A stretch of DNA of 64,000 nucleotides from an uncultured Nitrospiraceae bacterium (GCA_964412455.1 CAYPOT010000004.1:1036-65035); one strand, 5' to 3'; positions 8,872-18,587 are shown, numbered from the stretch's first letter. Program-made: numbers and translations. Notes: generated from the letters alone by a model not told the origin.

Positions 8872-9888
8872 TTACCGGATCACCACAGCGGGCTTTTCTC
8901 CGGCATACACCTCGCCGATAGCAATCGCATCTTCCACACCGGCAAGTCTGAGCTTCTTCACCAGGTCCTCGGCCCGCGAAGCGGGAAGCGAGAACAAGAG
9001 CCCGCCCGAGGTCTGCGGGTCGAACAACAGTTCTTCCTCGTCGCGGCTGAGCTGCCGCTTCTTCTCCCAGAATCCTTTAACGATCTCGCGGTTCGCCTTA
9101 TTGCTCCCGGTCGTCTCGCCCTTGCGGTACATGTCGATGGCGTGGGGATGGAACGGCAGCCGGTCGTAGGACAGCTCGATCCTGACCCCGCTCCCCTTTG
9201 CCATCTCAAAGGTATGGCCCATGATACCGAATCCGGTGATGTCCGTGCAGGAATGAACGTCAAAAGCGAGGGCAACCTCCATGGCGGTCTTGTTCAGCAT
9301 GGCGATCTTGGGAAGTATGGCTTCCAGGTCACGGAACGGGAGCTTCTTTGAACGACAGGCGTTGAACAGCACGCCTGTTCCGAGCGGCTTGGTGAGGACC
9401 AGAGCATCGCCGGGCCTGGCATTGGCGTTGGTCAGCACCTTGTCGGGGTGAACGCTGCCGGTCACGGCAAGACCATACTTCGGTTCCAGGTCATCCACCG
9501 AATGCCCGCCAGCCAGCGCGGCCCCCGCCTCCTGTACCTTTTCAAAACCGCCCGTCAGGATCCCCTTCAGAATACCCATATCGAGTTCCTTCGAGGGGTA
9601 CATAACCAGATTGAGGGCCACCAGCGGCTTCCCACCCATGGCGTACACATCCGACAAGGCGTTCGCGGCCGCAATCCTGCCGAACCAGATCGGATCGTCC
9701 ACCGGCGGCGTGATGAAGTCCACGGTGCTGATGATCGCCAGGTCAGGCGAAACGCGATAGACCGCGGCGTCGTCGCTCGTCTCGAACCCGACAAGCAGGT
9801 TCGGGTCATGGGCGGGACAGATCGAAGAGAGCACGTCCGACAGGTCCGCCGGACCAATCTTCGCCGCTCAGCCGCAGGTCCGGGACAT
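8872..9888 (-). CDS. selD: Selenide, water dikinase SelD with an in-frame UGA (selenocysteine) at the catalytic position; the ORF track truncated it
   Basis: Extending the tracked ORF upstream in frame gives MSRTCG[TGA]AAKIGPADLSDVLSS... The ATG is at 9888-9886 and the TGA at 9870-9868 aligns with the catalytic Cys/Sec of SelD. A GGUCCGGCGGACC hairpin starts 12 nt 3' of the UGA. Downstream SelD motifs are present (NLLVGFETSDDAAVY, FGRIAAANALSDVYAMGG). Confidence 0.8.
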
Positions 9889-10035
9889 GCCCGTAAGGGT
9901 CTTCTTTTTTCTGAACAAGGCCATTTTCTTTCCTTTATGTACTATACTATTTCACCACATTATAACAGAAGCGTAACGCGCGTGTCATTATTCATTGGCA
10001 ATATCCCAACCTGAACAAGCCGGAACCAAATCTGT

Positions 10036-10060
10036 CACGAAGACGCCAAGACACGAAGAA
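10036..10060. repeat. Dispersed repeat CACGAAGAC(G/A)CCAAGACACGAAGAA (family also at 4073-4090, 21371-21398, 21472-21496)
   Basis: Direct sequence comparison. Confidence 0.65.
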
Positions 10061-10197
10061 ATCAAAATCTGTCAGCCGCACAGAAGCACAAAGAAGCCCG
10101 TTCCGATCTGCGTCTTTTGCGCTATTTTGCGGCAAAATTCCTTTCCTGGCCGAGAAACATTTGATCTGTATCTGACCATGTTGCCTGCGCATCCGTT

Positions 10198-10875
10198 CTA
10201 CATCAATTCGTTGAAATCCAGCACCGTCGCAAAATCCGGACTGTGACCGGGCGGGATCTTCGAATTTCCCTTCGCTTTGTAAACGATGTACCTGATGCCG
10301 TACTGCTTCGCCGTCCTGAGTACGGCCAGGGTGTCGTCGACGAACAGGGTGTTCTCCCGTTGAAAGCCGAGTTTTTTCTCCGCCCGCTTCCAGAATTCCA
10401 GGCTCTCCTTCGGGAATCCCATCTCGGCGGACGTTATGGCCCCGGTCAGGTATGTTCCGATCTCCGTCTTCCTGAGCTTCAGGGCCAGCACTTTATCATG
10501 GGCGTTCGTGGCAATATACACCTTCTTCCCGAGCGATCGCATCAAGGTGAGAAACTCCTCGACATGGGGATGGACCTCGATGAGGTGCCGGATCTGTTCC
10601 TTGAGCGCCAGGATATCAAGGTCCAGTTCTCGTGACCAGAAATCGATGTCCGTCCAGTTGAGCGTCTCTTCGTGGGCTTTGTACTTCTTGAAAAGTTCTT
10701 CCTTTGCTTTTCCGAACGTGATGTTGTGCTTGTCCGCGTAGTGCTCGGGGACCAGATGCTCCCAGAAATAGTCATCGAAATACTTGTCCAGAAGCGTACC
10801 GTCCATGTCGAGAAGGACGTGGTTGATGGTGTTATCTTTGAGCGCCTCTTTAATGTCAAGAACAGTAGGATGCAT
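10198..10875 (-). CDS. HAD-superfamily hydrolase
   Basis: The HAD motif I (DMDGTLLD) is present. The size is appropriate at 225 aa. Confidence 0.7.
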   Translation of the reverse strand: MHPTVLDIKEALKDNTINHVLLDMDGTLLDKYFDDYFWEHLVPEHYADKHNITFGKAKEELFKKYKAHEETLNWTDIDFWSRELDLDILALKEQIRHLIEVHPHVEEFLTLMRSLGKKVYIATNAHDKVLALKLRKTEIGTYLTGAITSAEMGFPKESLEFWKRAEKKLGFQRENTLFVDDTLAVLRTAKQYGIRYIVYKAKGNSKIPPGHSPDFATVLDFNELM

Positions 10876-10938
10876 GAAGTGCTGCTGGCCTCGTTCGAAG
10901 AATTGATCTGAGGGGAGGAGATACTGACTCCTGACTCC

Positions 10939-12048
10939 TTACTTCTTCACATATCCCTCGATCATCAGGTCCTGTCCGACGAACCTTGTCCTGACGTCGG
11001 TCAGTTTGATCGCCTGAGCAAGCTTCTTGGGAGAAAAGCCTCCGATGGAGCAGAGAGAATTCTTCCCGGTCATCAGCACAGGCGCGACGAACATCACGAC
11101 CTTGTCCACAACACCCGACTTGAGGGCCGAGGCGTTCACCTCGGCGCCGCCCTCGATCAATACAGAGGTGACATCGAATCGCGTAAGCATCTCCATCAGG
11201 TAGTTCAGGTCAATATTTCCTTTTGTTCCCCTGGATATCAGTATTTCCGCGCCGGCATCCAAAAGCTTGTTAAAATTCCCCTTTGGCATTCTGCTGAGCG
11301 TGGCGATCAATGTTATTGCTGAGGACTTCTGTGTAATGACCTTTGCGTTCAGCGGAGTCCTCAGTTGTGTATCAACTATCACCCTGAGCGCATCCCGTCC
11401 GCCGGCGATCCTCGTCGTAAGCGACGGGTCGTCCTTGAGCACCGTATTGATGCCGACAAGAACGGCATCATGGGTATCGCGAAGCCGATGGCCTTCCTCC
11501 CGAGCTTCCTTCCCGGTGATCCATTTCGACTCTCCGGAATCCGTCGCGATCTTCCCGTCGAGCGTCTGTGCGATCTTGAGCGTCACGAAGGGCATCCCCT
11601 TCGTAATATACTTGACGTACGCCTCGTTCAGCAGCCTCGCCTCAGGCTCAAGGACGCCGGTGACGACCTCGATGCCGGCTTTTCTGATCGCCTTGATGCC
11701 TCCGCCCGACACCGCCGTGTTTGGATCGACCATGGCGATGACCACGCGTTTCACGCCGCTTTTGATGACGAGGGGTGTGCAGGGAGGCGTCCGTTTGTTC
11801 GTGTGGGAACAGGGTTCGAGCGTCACGTAAAGCGTAGCGCCCTTCGCGGCCCTGCCTGCTTTCTTCAGCGCGATCGCCTCGGCATGGGGCTCGCCGGCCT
11901 TCTTGTGCCAGCCGCGGCTGATAACGCGTCCGTTCTTGACCACCACAGCGCCCACCATGGGGTTCGGGCTCGTGCGTCCCGCGGCCTTCGCGGCAAGCCG
12001 GAGGGCCATGGCCATGTATCTTTCGTCAAGGGTGTTCACGATTATCAT
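10939..12048 (-). CDS. ribD: Bifunctional riboflavin biosynthesis protein RibD (deaminase/reductase)
   Basis: Zn deaminase motifs (HAEAIAL, PCSHTNKRTPPC) and the reductase domain (VTLKIAQTLDGKIAT) are both present. Confidence 0.9.
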   Translation of the reverse strand: MIIVNTLDERYMAMALRLAAKAAGRTSPNPMVGAVVVKNGRVISRGWHKKAGEPHAEAIALKKAGRAAKGATLYVTLEPCSHTNKRTPPCTPLVIKSGVKRVVIAMVDPNTAVSGGGIKAIRKAGIEVVTGVLEPEARLLNEAYVKYITKGMPFVTLKIAQTLDGKIATDSGESKWITGKEAREEGHRLRDTHDAVLVGINTVLKDDPSLTTRIAGGRDALRVIVDTQLRTPLNAKVITQKSSAITLIATLSRMPKGNFNKLLDAGAEILISRGTKGNIDLNYLMEMLTRFDVTSVLIEGGAEVNASALKSGVVDKVVMFVAPVLMTGKNSLCSIGGFSPKKLAQAIKLTDVRTRFVGQDLMIEGYVKK

Positions 12049-12082
12049 AGGAGTAGAACAAACAGCTAAAGAAATTATGTCA

Positions 12083-12468
12083 TTACGGATCGTTTGTGCA
12101 ATGTGTTTTCATCCAGTCAACTGCATCGGAGTCCGAGACCTTTCCTACAGCCATGCTCAACGTGAACCGGACAAGCTCCTTTTGAGTGGCTTGAAGGTGC
12201 ATGCCGTTCATTCGAGAAAGATGCCGGTCGATATGATCGCCGTTCTCTTGTTCCCGTCTACGAACGGATGGTTCCTTGCCAGTGACTCCACGAGAGCAGC
12301 GGCCTTCGATAGCACATCGGCATACAGGTCCTTGCCGCCAAACGTGGCTTTTGGCCGCGCCACCGCGGATTGCAGGAGCCCGATATCCCGTACATCATGT
12401 GCGCCGCCGGTCTCATCGATGACCCTCGCGTGGATGAAAAGCACCTGTTCGGCGGAAAGATATCTCAC
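12083..12468 (-). pseudogene. doc: Doc (Fic-family) toxin with a 1-nt frameshift (or sequencing error)
   Basis: The Fic/Doc motif HPFVDGNKRTA is present. The ORF stops at TGA (12208) after ...GIFLE. The Doc C-terminus (MNGMHLQATQKELVRFTLSMAVGKVSDSDAVDWMKTHCTNDP) continues in another frame to TAA at 12083. Confidence 0.7.
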
Positions 12469-12713
12469 TTCTTCGCGAGTTCCTTGAGGGCGGGGCGGTA
12501 TTTTTCGATGAACTCGTTGACCTGAGATACGAACACCCGGTCGATTCCTTTGGGCGGTTTTCTCTTGCGCACCGGCTCGATCACGATCCGGTCATGGTCC
12601 TCTTCCAGCGTCACGTCGACCTCGGCGCCGACTGCAAGATCAAGTTTGTGCAGATAGTCGGCGGGAATGGATACGCCCTTGCTGTTTCCAACGGAGAATA
12701 CTTTTCTGTGCAT
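12465..12713 (-). CDS. AbrB/MazE (SpoVT-AbrB) family antitoxin paired with Doc
   Basis: SVGNSKGVSIPADYL swapped-hairpin motif. Its stop overlaps the doc start (ATGA). Confidence 0.75.
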   Translation of the reverse strand: MHRKVFSVGNSKGVSIPADYLHKLDLAVGAEVDVTLEEDHDRIVIEPVRKRKPPKGIDRVFVSQVNEFIEKYRPALKELAKK

Positions 12714-12951
12714 GGATACACCTCCCGAGGCGTTATAACGGGATTATAACATAGACCTTCTGCCTGTAAAGACGATTTTTTACTCGTCGGTGGACCAACA
12801 ACGAGCGGCCGGCAAGGTCGCCCTGTGGCGCCACCACCGGCAGGAGCCGGGGGCTCCCTGTAAGAACGCGACCTCCCGCGAATTCCGCATTCCTCCCACG
12901 GCGGGAGCCGGGGGATTTCAATTCGCAGGGATTGAACTTCCTATCACCATA

Positions 12952-13383
12952 TTATTCCTTCGACGTACCCATGCCGGCACCCTTATCATTGGAGCCGGGC
13001 GACCGCCGCCGCTGTGCAATATAGCCGCCGCCCATGCCGGCCGGCAGCATTCCGGCGAATCCAATGATGTCGTACCACGTCGGCAGGCCGCTTTCACGAA
13101 AGAGCAGCGCCATGACCACGCCGGCCCCGGCGACCAACGCGCCATGCATGACCTCGGACCGGAGCGCCATCCTGCCCGCGACGTATCCTCCCAGGCCCGT
13201 GCATCCCAGACCGATGACCAGGGTCAGCAACTGACCGCTGACGGTCTTCATCCGCACGAGGACCTCATCCTGAGAAAGTCCCTGTGACGCCAGCGCGGTC
13301 ACCAGGAACAGCATGACGAACAGGGTCCCGACGTTGTCGACAACGGCCCCGGCAATGACGGCTTTGAACTTGATGTCAGGCAA
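12952..13383 (-). CDS. Hypothetical membrane protein
   Basis: Hydrophobic Gly/Ala-rich TM segments. No motif recognised. Confidence 0.45.
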   Translation of the reverse strand: MPDIKFKAVIAGAVVDNVGTLFVMLFLVTALASQGLSQDEVLVRMKTVSGQLLTLVIGLGCTGLGGYVAGRMALRSEVMHGALVAGAGVVMALLFRESGLPTWYDIIGFAGMLPAGMGGGYIAQRRRSPGSNDKGAGMGTSKE

Positions 13384-14467
13384 TGTCCACGCTCCTCAGC
13401 CGGTCTGCCGCGTCCTCGGGACTGATCGTGTTCATAAAGAGCCCCGAACCCAGTTCGAACCCCGTGGGGATGCTGGTGCGGGGGCAGATCTCTATGTTCC
13501 AGTGATAGGACGGCCGCAGGGCTTCGACGCCCGGTCCACGGGGCAGTGAATGGATGAAGAAGTTGTACTGCGCGCCGCCGAGCACCGCGTTAAGCCGCGC
13601 CATGGTCCGCCGGAAGACACGGCCCAGGTCGGCGGCATCATCGGCTGACAGGTTCGCGTAGTCTGCCTCGTGGGCGAGCGGCAGGATCTGCACCTCCCAC
13701 TCGAACCTGCTCGCGAAGGGCTTGATGGCGATGAACCGCCTGCCCCGCTCGATGACGTACTGCCCGACGCTGATCTTCCGCCGCACGATGCCCGATTCCC
13801 GGTCATAGAACGTCGCCTCGAAGGTCAGCGCTTCGTCGATCAGGCTGCAGAAGATGCAGCGTCCCGTCTTCTCGTGATAGGCGGCGCTGTTCTGGACCTC
13901 CGCCTCGATGTTGTACGGCACGACCGGCATGGCGACGATCTGGCTGTGCGTGTGGCTGATGCTCGCGCCGGCCGCCGGGCCGAAGTTCTTGAAGACCAGC
14001 ACCGCGCGGACCGAGGGATTCGAGCTGTACAATGCGGCCATCCGGTCCCGATAGGTCGAGAACAGGAGGCCCAGGTGCGCCTCGTCCATCTCGTGAATCC
14101 GGATCCCGTGCGACGGGTGGTCGATCACGACCTCGTGCCGTCCGTATCCGTCGATGGTCTGCTGGAGGCCGAAGGCCATGTTCGGGTTCTGCTGGTCGTC
14201 GCCCAGCACGGGATAAAGGTTCTCGACGACGCGGATACGCCATTCGCCCGAGGGAGGGACCTGGGCGATCGCAGGCGGCGTCTTGTCCTCATTCCCCCGG
14301 CAGAACGGGCACGTGTCCACGTGAGGCCGTCCGTCGTGAGGCGCCGGCAGCTCTTCCTTCTTCGGCCGGAGGCTCCGCGCCGTCGCGATCAGCACCGACT
14401 CGCCAGGCACGACCGGATTGATGCGGATCTCGCGGATGGCCTTGGCCGTTTTCCCACCTTCAGTCAT
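13376..14467 (-). CDS. Galactose-1-phosphate uridylyltransferase-like (GalT/HIT superfamily) nucleotidyltransferase
   Basis: Zn-binding Cys/His (CPFCRGNE) and the HxHxQ active site (SHTHSQIV). I chose the ATG at 14467 (MTEGGK...) over the tracker's longer ORF. Confidence 0.65.
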   Translation of the reverse strand: MTEGGKTAKAIREIRINPVVPGESVLIATARSLRPKKEELPAPHDGRPHVDTCPFCRGNEDKTPPAIAQVPPSGEWRIRVVENLYPVLGDDQQNPNMAFGLQQTIDGYGRHEVVIDHPSHGIRIHEMDEAHLGLLFSTYRDRMAALYSSNPSVRAVLVFKNFGPAAGASISHTHSQIVAMPVVPYNIEAEVQNSAAYHEKTGRCIFCSLIDEALTFEATFYDRESGIVRRKISVGQYVIERGRRFIAIKPFASRFEWEVQILPLAHEADYANLSADDAADLGRVFRRTMARLNAVLGGAQYNFFIHSLPRGPGVEALRPSYHWNIEICPRTSIPTGFELGSGLFMNTISPEDAADRLRSVDIA

Positions 14468-14871
14468 AGAACCGTTCCCTTCCCGTTTTTTTGTCTTTCG
14501 GAGCGCGGCAAGCTGCCGGTCATGGAGTCCGAGATCTGGCCCCGGATGTTGTATGCTGCCATGTCCACACCATGCCGATGATGGCAAATCGACACACCGA
14601 TTGAGCGGAATCGCCACGCAAACACTTGGGTCGATATGAAAAGGGAGAAAATGGCATTGTCATAAACTAGGGCGAATATCTCTTCTGCGAGGACCGCACG
14701 TTCATATCTGAATGCGGAAATATATCGTTATCCATCCTTCACGAAGTACACCTATTTATCTGCAATTTCAATCAGCCGCGACAATCACCAATTACTGGTT
14801 GAAACATGCACATGAACGCCGCCGTGAGGGGCGCGTCTTTGGCGACCCTCTCGACGGCGTGGTTAATATTC

Positions 14872-15615
14872 CTACTGTTTAAGGCTATTGAGATAACCTA
14901 TCAATGCATCGTGGTTCTTTCTACCCGTTTTCTTCTTTGATCCAGTCAAAATCAAGCTGCAAAGATTGTCTTTGGAAACAATTGAAATATTCCTGATATT
15001 ACCTGTCTGAAGCTCCGCCTCGGTATTCGTAAATACGAGAATACCTTCCAACCATATATCAATTTTATTTGCCTTGAGTACATCCTTGAACCTATGAATA
15101 GAAGATGCGACTTGACGAACAGGCTTATTGAGATTACCTGAATATACAGACCCGCGCCTGCCGACTTTTATTTGTATAAGATCGCCATCTTTTTCTTGAA
15201 TCATCCCACTATGATGTTTTGACTCGATTGCGAAAACGGAATCTGGACCGACAACAATACAATCAAGATCACCTCGCCCATTAACCGGCACACCGAAAAA
15301 ACCTTGATATTCATTCCCCAAACCTCGATTTAAAGTTTTCCTAAGCTGCGATTCGCCTTCTTTTCCATGGGTCAATACGCGTAACGCTTCTGCTTTTTTA
15401 TATGAATTTATGCGATCATACGCAAAAAGAAAAAAAATAAAAATTCCAATCGAAATCACAAAGGGTACAGGCCTTCCATAAGTAACGGCAATTGCAAGCC
15501 CAGAAACAATGATGGCGGGGATTAAACAAACGATTTTAGCGATGTCTTTCCATTTACCCCATCTCGCGCCGGTGATCTGACCAGCAAGATAATCAGTAAT
15601 AATAATTTCTTTCAT
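14872..15615 (-). CDS. Membrane-anchored NERD-domain nuclease (2 N-terminal TM helices)
   Basis: NERD signature (GDLDCIVVGPDSVFAIESKHHSGMI ... NLNKPVRQ). AT-rich, ~40% GC. Confidence 0.65.
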   Translation of the reverse strand: MKEIIITDYLAGQITGARWGKWKDIAKIVCLIPAIIVSGLAIAVTYGRPVPFVISIGIFIFFLFAYDRINSYKKAEALRVLTHGKEGESQLRKTLNRGLGNEYQGFFGVPVNGRGDLDCIVVGPDSVFAIESKHHSGMIQEKDGDLIQIKVGRRGSVYSGNLNKPVRQVASSIHRFKDVLKANKIDIWLEGILVFTNTEAELQTGNIRNISIVSKDNLCSLILTGSKKKTGRKNHDALIGYLNSLKQ

Positions 15616-16106
15616 TCAACGTTTACCTCTTGCTTTTTAAGCCGAACCCTGACGTGTTCACCTTGGGCGAAGAAGAACCATGCGAAGTATCCGAGTAGCG
15701 CCGAGAACAACATGCCGCCCGTGCGACCCCAAAAGTTCGTCGTACTTGATAAAATAAGAAGGACGAGAAAGGTTAAGAGGAAACAAACGAAATAAAAGGA
15801 GGTCGCGTAATTAACGAGCATGAAAATGATTGAAAGAATTTTGGAGAGACGCGGATATGGCTCGGGAAGCGCAAGGCTTTTTGTAGCTTCATGGGCCGCA
15901 AATTTCCCCGCCGCCGCAGCTTTCTTAGCGCCGATCCCGATAATCCGGTAAAGTTCTTTGAATTGCTTGCTGAAGAGGACCCTTAGGCTTGCCCCTATCA
16001 AAATTAGAGATACCAAGACCCAGAAGGTTATTTTGAGAAATTGGCGTATGCTCTCTGGTGCTTGTTCGATAAAATAATACCATTCCTTTAGTTCAGAAGG
16101 TGACAT
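15612..16106 (-). CDS. 4-TM membrane protein, translationally coupled upstream of the NERD gene
   Basis: ATGA overlap with the NERD gene. Hydrophobic helices; AT-rich. Confidence 0.55.
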   Translation of the reverse strand: MSPSELKEWYYFIEQAPESIRQFLKITFWVLVSLILIGASLRVLFSKQFKELYRIIGIGAKKAAAAGKFAAHEATKSLALPEPYPRLSKILSIIFMLVNYATSFYFVCFLLTFLVLLILSSTTNFWGRTGGMLFSALLGYFAWFFFAQGEHVRVRLKKQEVNVE

Positions 16107-16200
16107 GTGATCTCCTTATGGGATTAACGCGGAGTTCACACGCCGCGAAGCGGTCGGCGTGGAACGACATGTTGGTCTTATTATCAGGTATTCTAAGAAA

Positions 16201-16668
16201 TTACCTATGTAAGCTACTAACAAAGCTTTTGAATTCTTCAAATTTCCAAAGCGTAAGCGTAGTTTTTGTTGCCTTGATTTTATTTGTCAGATTATTGTCT
16301 TCAGTAACTAAGACAGCCGCCTCGTGATGAGCAGTGAGAGCTATTAAGGCATCCTCGATATGCTTCGGATTGCCCTTTTGAATTTGTTCATATTCAATAA
16401 TCCCAGGATCTCCCCCATCTAAACAGGCCATATCGAGTCTAGAAACGTCTAACACAAATCCCATAGATGGAACGATTGTCGATGGGACAGCTAAAGCAGA
16501 TTCGCGCTTAGCGTCATCTTCGATCTTTCCAAGTTCATCGAGCTGGACATGAGTACTGACGATCTCTAGTTGATTACTGTCAACTAAACTTCTTAGCTGA
16601 CTGAACAGTGCTTCATCGGCAATCACTTTATCATAAATATTTGAATCGAACATAATCTTTATAGCCAT
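16201..16668 (-). CDS. PIN-like domain protein
   Basis: N-terminal MFDSNIY (Asp), a central acidic stretch (QLDELGKIEDD) and a C-terminal LVTEDNNL. AT-rich. Confidence 0.45.
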   Translation of the reverse strand: MAIKIMFDSNIYDKVIADEALFSQLRSLVDSNQLEIVSTHVQLDELGKIEDDAKRESALAVPSTIVPSMGFVLDVSRLDMACLDGGDPGIIEYEQIQKGNPKHIEDALIALTAHHEAAVLVTEDNNLTNKIKATKTTLTLWKFEEFKSFVSSLHR

Positions 16669-16756
16669 GTTATGATTCCTAAATGCGTTTCATTCACTAA
16701 AACCTTCCTAAAACCTTCCACCTTCTTGTACCTTTTTTTATTTCTTGTTTCACATA

Positions 16757-17038
16757 TTAGGTGTCGTCAGATTTTAAAAGGTATACTTGAACCGTTTTGA
16801 GGTGAAAGAGACAGCCATAGATTAGCGTAGCGGTTACAAGGCCATTGACAAGAGCGAATCCTAGATCAGCGACTAGCCATTTAGGAAAAGCAACAATAGG
16901 TAATACAGGAGAAAGTACCAAAACCCACCGACTCCAACTTTGTCGTGCAGCCAGACCCCAAGTACCGAAAGTGACAAGGCAAATGAAGAGAAGAGCACTT
17001 ATTCCTGCACCAGATCGCCACAGCTCTGAATAGGACAT
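16757..17038 (-). CDS. Small hypothetical membrane protein
   Basis: 93 aa with 3 predicted TM segments. Weak support. Confidence 0.3.
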   Translation of the reverse strand: MSYSELWRSGAGISALLFICLVTFGTWGLAARQSWSRWVLVLSPVLPIVAFPKWLVADLGFALVNGLVTATLIYGCLFHLKTVQVYLLKSDDT

Positions 17039-17475
17039 TCGCTGGCCATTAACTGTCCAGGCCGTAATCGGAATGACAAGGAATAAGGAACAGAATCGGA
17101 CCGGCAGTCATTCCGCCCTTACACAAAAGCCGTAAAAGAGATGGCATCTTGTCAACATTATGCCAATAGGTTCGGATTCGCGAGTTCATGTTTCCTCTGA
17201 CCAACAAGGGAATCACGAGCCTCCCTCGTTAATACCGGAAATCCGTTGTTGAAGAGCCCCATAGATAATAACGGATTTGCGGTGTTATCCAGTTTAGCAA
17301 TGAACATGCCAAACCACTCTCGGTAACTTGGACGAATATATGCTTGATGCCATGATTTGTCAACGACAGCGATGTGGTAATATAAGGGTATTACAATGAA
17401 TAAAGTTTGAAATATTGTGTGTTGCTGAGGATAGCAACTTCAACAGCTTCAGGAAGTACTTATTGAAGCCAGAGA

Positions 17476-17877
17476 TCAGTCAACCAGCATTTTCTGAATG
17501 ACCGCCTTGACTGTTTGTACTGTTTCCGGCAGGAGCCTTCCGAGTTTCTTGATCAGCCTTGCTTTATCTACCGTGCGTATCTGATCCAGCACCACCCATC
17601 CGTCCTTGCCCTTAAAGCGGAGAGGTACACGCGTGGGATATGCATGCGATCGGGTTGTCATGGGCGCAATGATCACGGTATCGAGAGGGAATTGACAGGG
17701 ATGATATAATATTACGGACTACCACTCCCACCCCTTCATAGCAGGGTCTATAGCATCCGGGATAATGAGATCGTCTTCCTTAAGCTTCTTCATCTGCTTA
17801 AATTCTGCATCCCAATCCTTGCGAGGATTCTTTCTGGCAGAGACGAGATCGAAGTCTTTCAAGTCACTATTTGACAT
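17476..17877 (-). pseudogene. Degraded MazE/MazF (PemI/PemK)-like module: antitoxin C-terminal fragment and N-truncated toxin in the same frame, separated by one TAG
   Basis: The toxin part (...VIIAPMTTRSHAYPTRVPL...VLDQIRTVDKARL) lacks ~25 N-terminal residues. The upstream fragment (MSNSDLKDF...DAIDPAMKGWEW) ends at TAG 17721-17719 in the same frame. Confidence 0.55.
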
Positions 17878-18122
17878 AAGTTATAACCATTCTGGCGTCT
17901 TGACGTCATACCGAGCTTCTTCGCGGCGCTGTTTAGGTCAAGGATATTGTGGGTCCGGGGAATATCAATGTCACGTTCAACAAGGAGGGCTTTCAGGGTT
18001 TTCTCGACGGACTGCTGGGCATGATAACAAACCATCCGGAAGATCCTCTTCTCCGCAAGATATTCCGCGAATTGGAGCTCTTCCGCGGCTATCGCCAGCC
18101 AGGCCTCAGCTTCTTTTCTCAT
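17859..18122 (-). CDS. HEPN-domain toxin (possibly C-terminally truncated)
   Basis: R-x4-H HEPN motif (RTHNILDL). It overlaps the MNT gene end by 17 nt. Confidence 0.6.
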   Translation of the reverse strand: MRKEAEAWLAIAAEELQFAEYLAEKRIFRMVCYHAQQSVEKTLKALLVERDIDIPRTHNILDLNSAAKKLGMTSRRQNGYNLCQIVT

Positions 18123-18447
18123 ACACTATTTTGCCCGTTTTGAGGATGTTAAGCAGGAAGGAATACTTTTCTTTAAGAAGGTGCGCGTACTCCTGCGGTG
18201 TATAAATGAACAGGTCGATCCCGACCTTTGGATGGATCAGATTGAAAAGCTCGATATTCCTGTCAATGGGCCTTTTATCGGTCTCCTTGACGATCAACAG
18301 ATCGATGTCGCTCCACTCATGCACAGCATCGTCAGCGAGAGAACCGAACAGGACGATCTTTTCCGGACGGTATTCCGCTATTAAGACCTCGACGATGCGG
18401 TCGAGCTCTGCTTTAAGCGAATTTTCTCTCTCTCTTGCACGGTACAC
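18106..18447 (-). CDS. Minimal nucleotidyltransferase (MNT) antitoxin
   Basis: LFGSLADDAVHEWSDIDLLIV is the GS...DxD nucleotidyltransferase motif. Confidence 0.75.
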   Translation of the reverse strand: MYRARERENSLKAELDRIVEVLIAEYRPEKIVLFGSLADDAVHEWSDIDLLIVKETDKRPIDRNIELFNLIHPKVGIDLFIYTPQEYAHLLKEKYSFLLNILKTGKIVYEKRS

Positions 18448-18587
18448 AGCTTCATGAAACCTCTTGGAATGCCTTCGTTTTTCAGCCTGACTGCGTAAAG
18501 TCTATCATAAGCCTACACAGCGTTCAAGCCTATTCTACTTTCGTGTCAACCCAAGCCTCTTTGCTGTTTAGCGTTGTTTTGGAACTC

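Noticed and set aside
12880-12950. Possible tRNA 3' fragment ending in ...TATCACCA with a TTGAAC/TTCAATCC T-loop-like segment
   Set aside because: I could not build an acceptor-stem complement or a full cloverleaf on either strand. It may be a remnant integration-site scar next to the Doc/AbrB module, but this is not supportable as a tRNA.
14468-14617. 50-codon N-terminal extension of the GalT-like ORF
   Set aside because: It has no similarity to GalT N-termini. An internal ATG with an SD-like GGGAAGGGAACGG gives a protein of canonical length.
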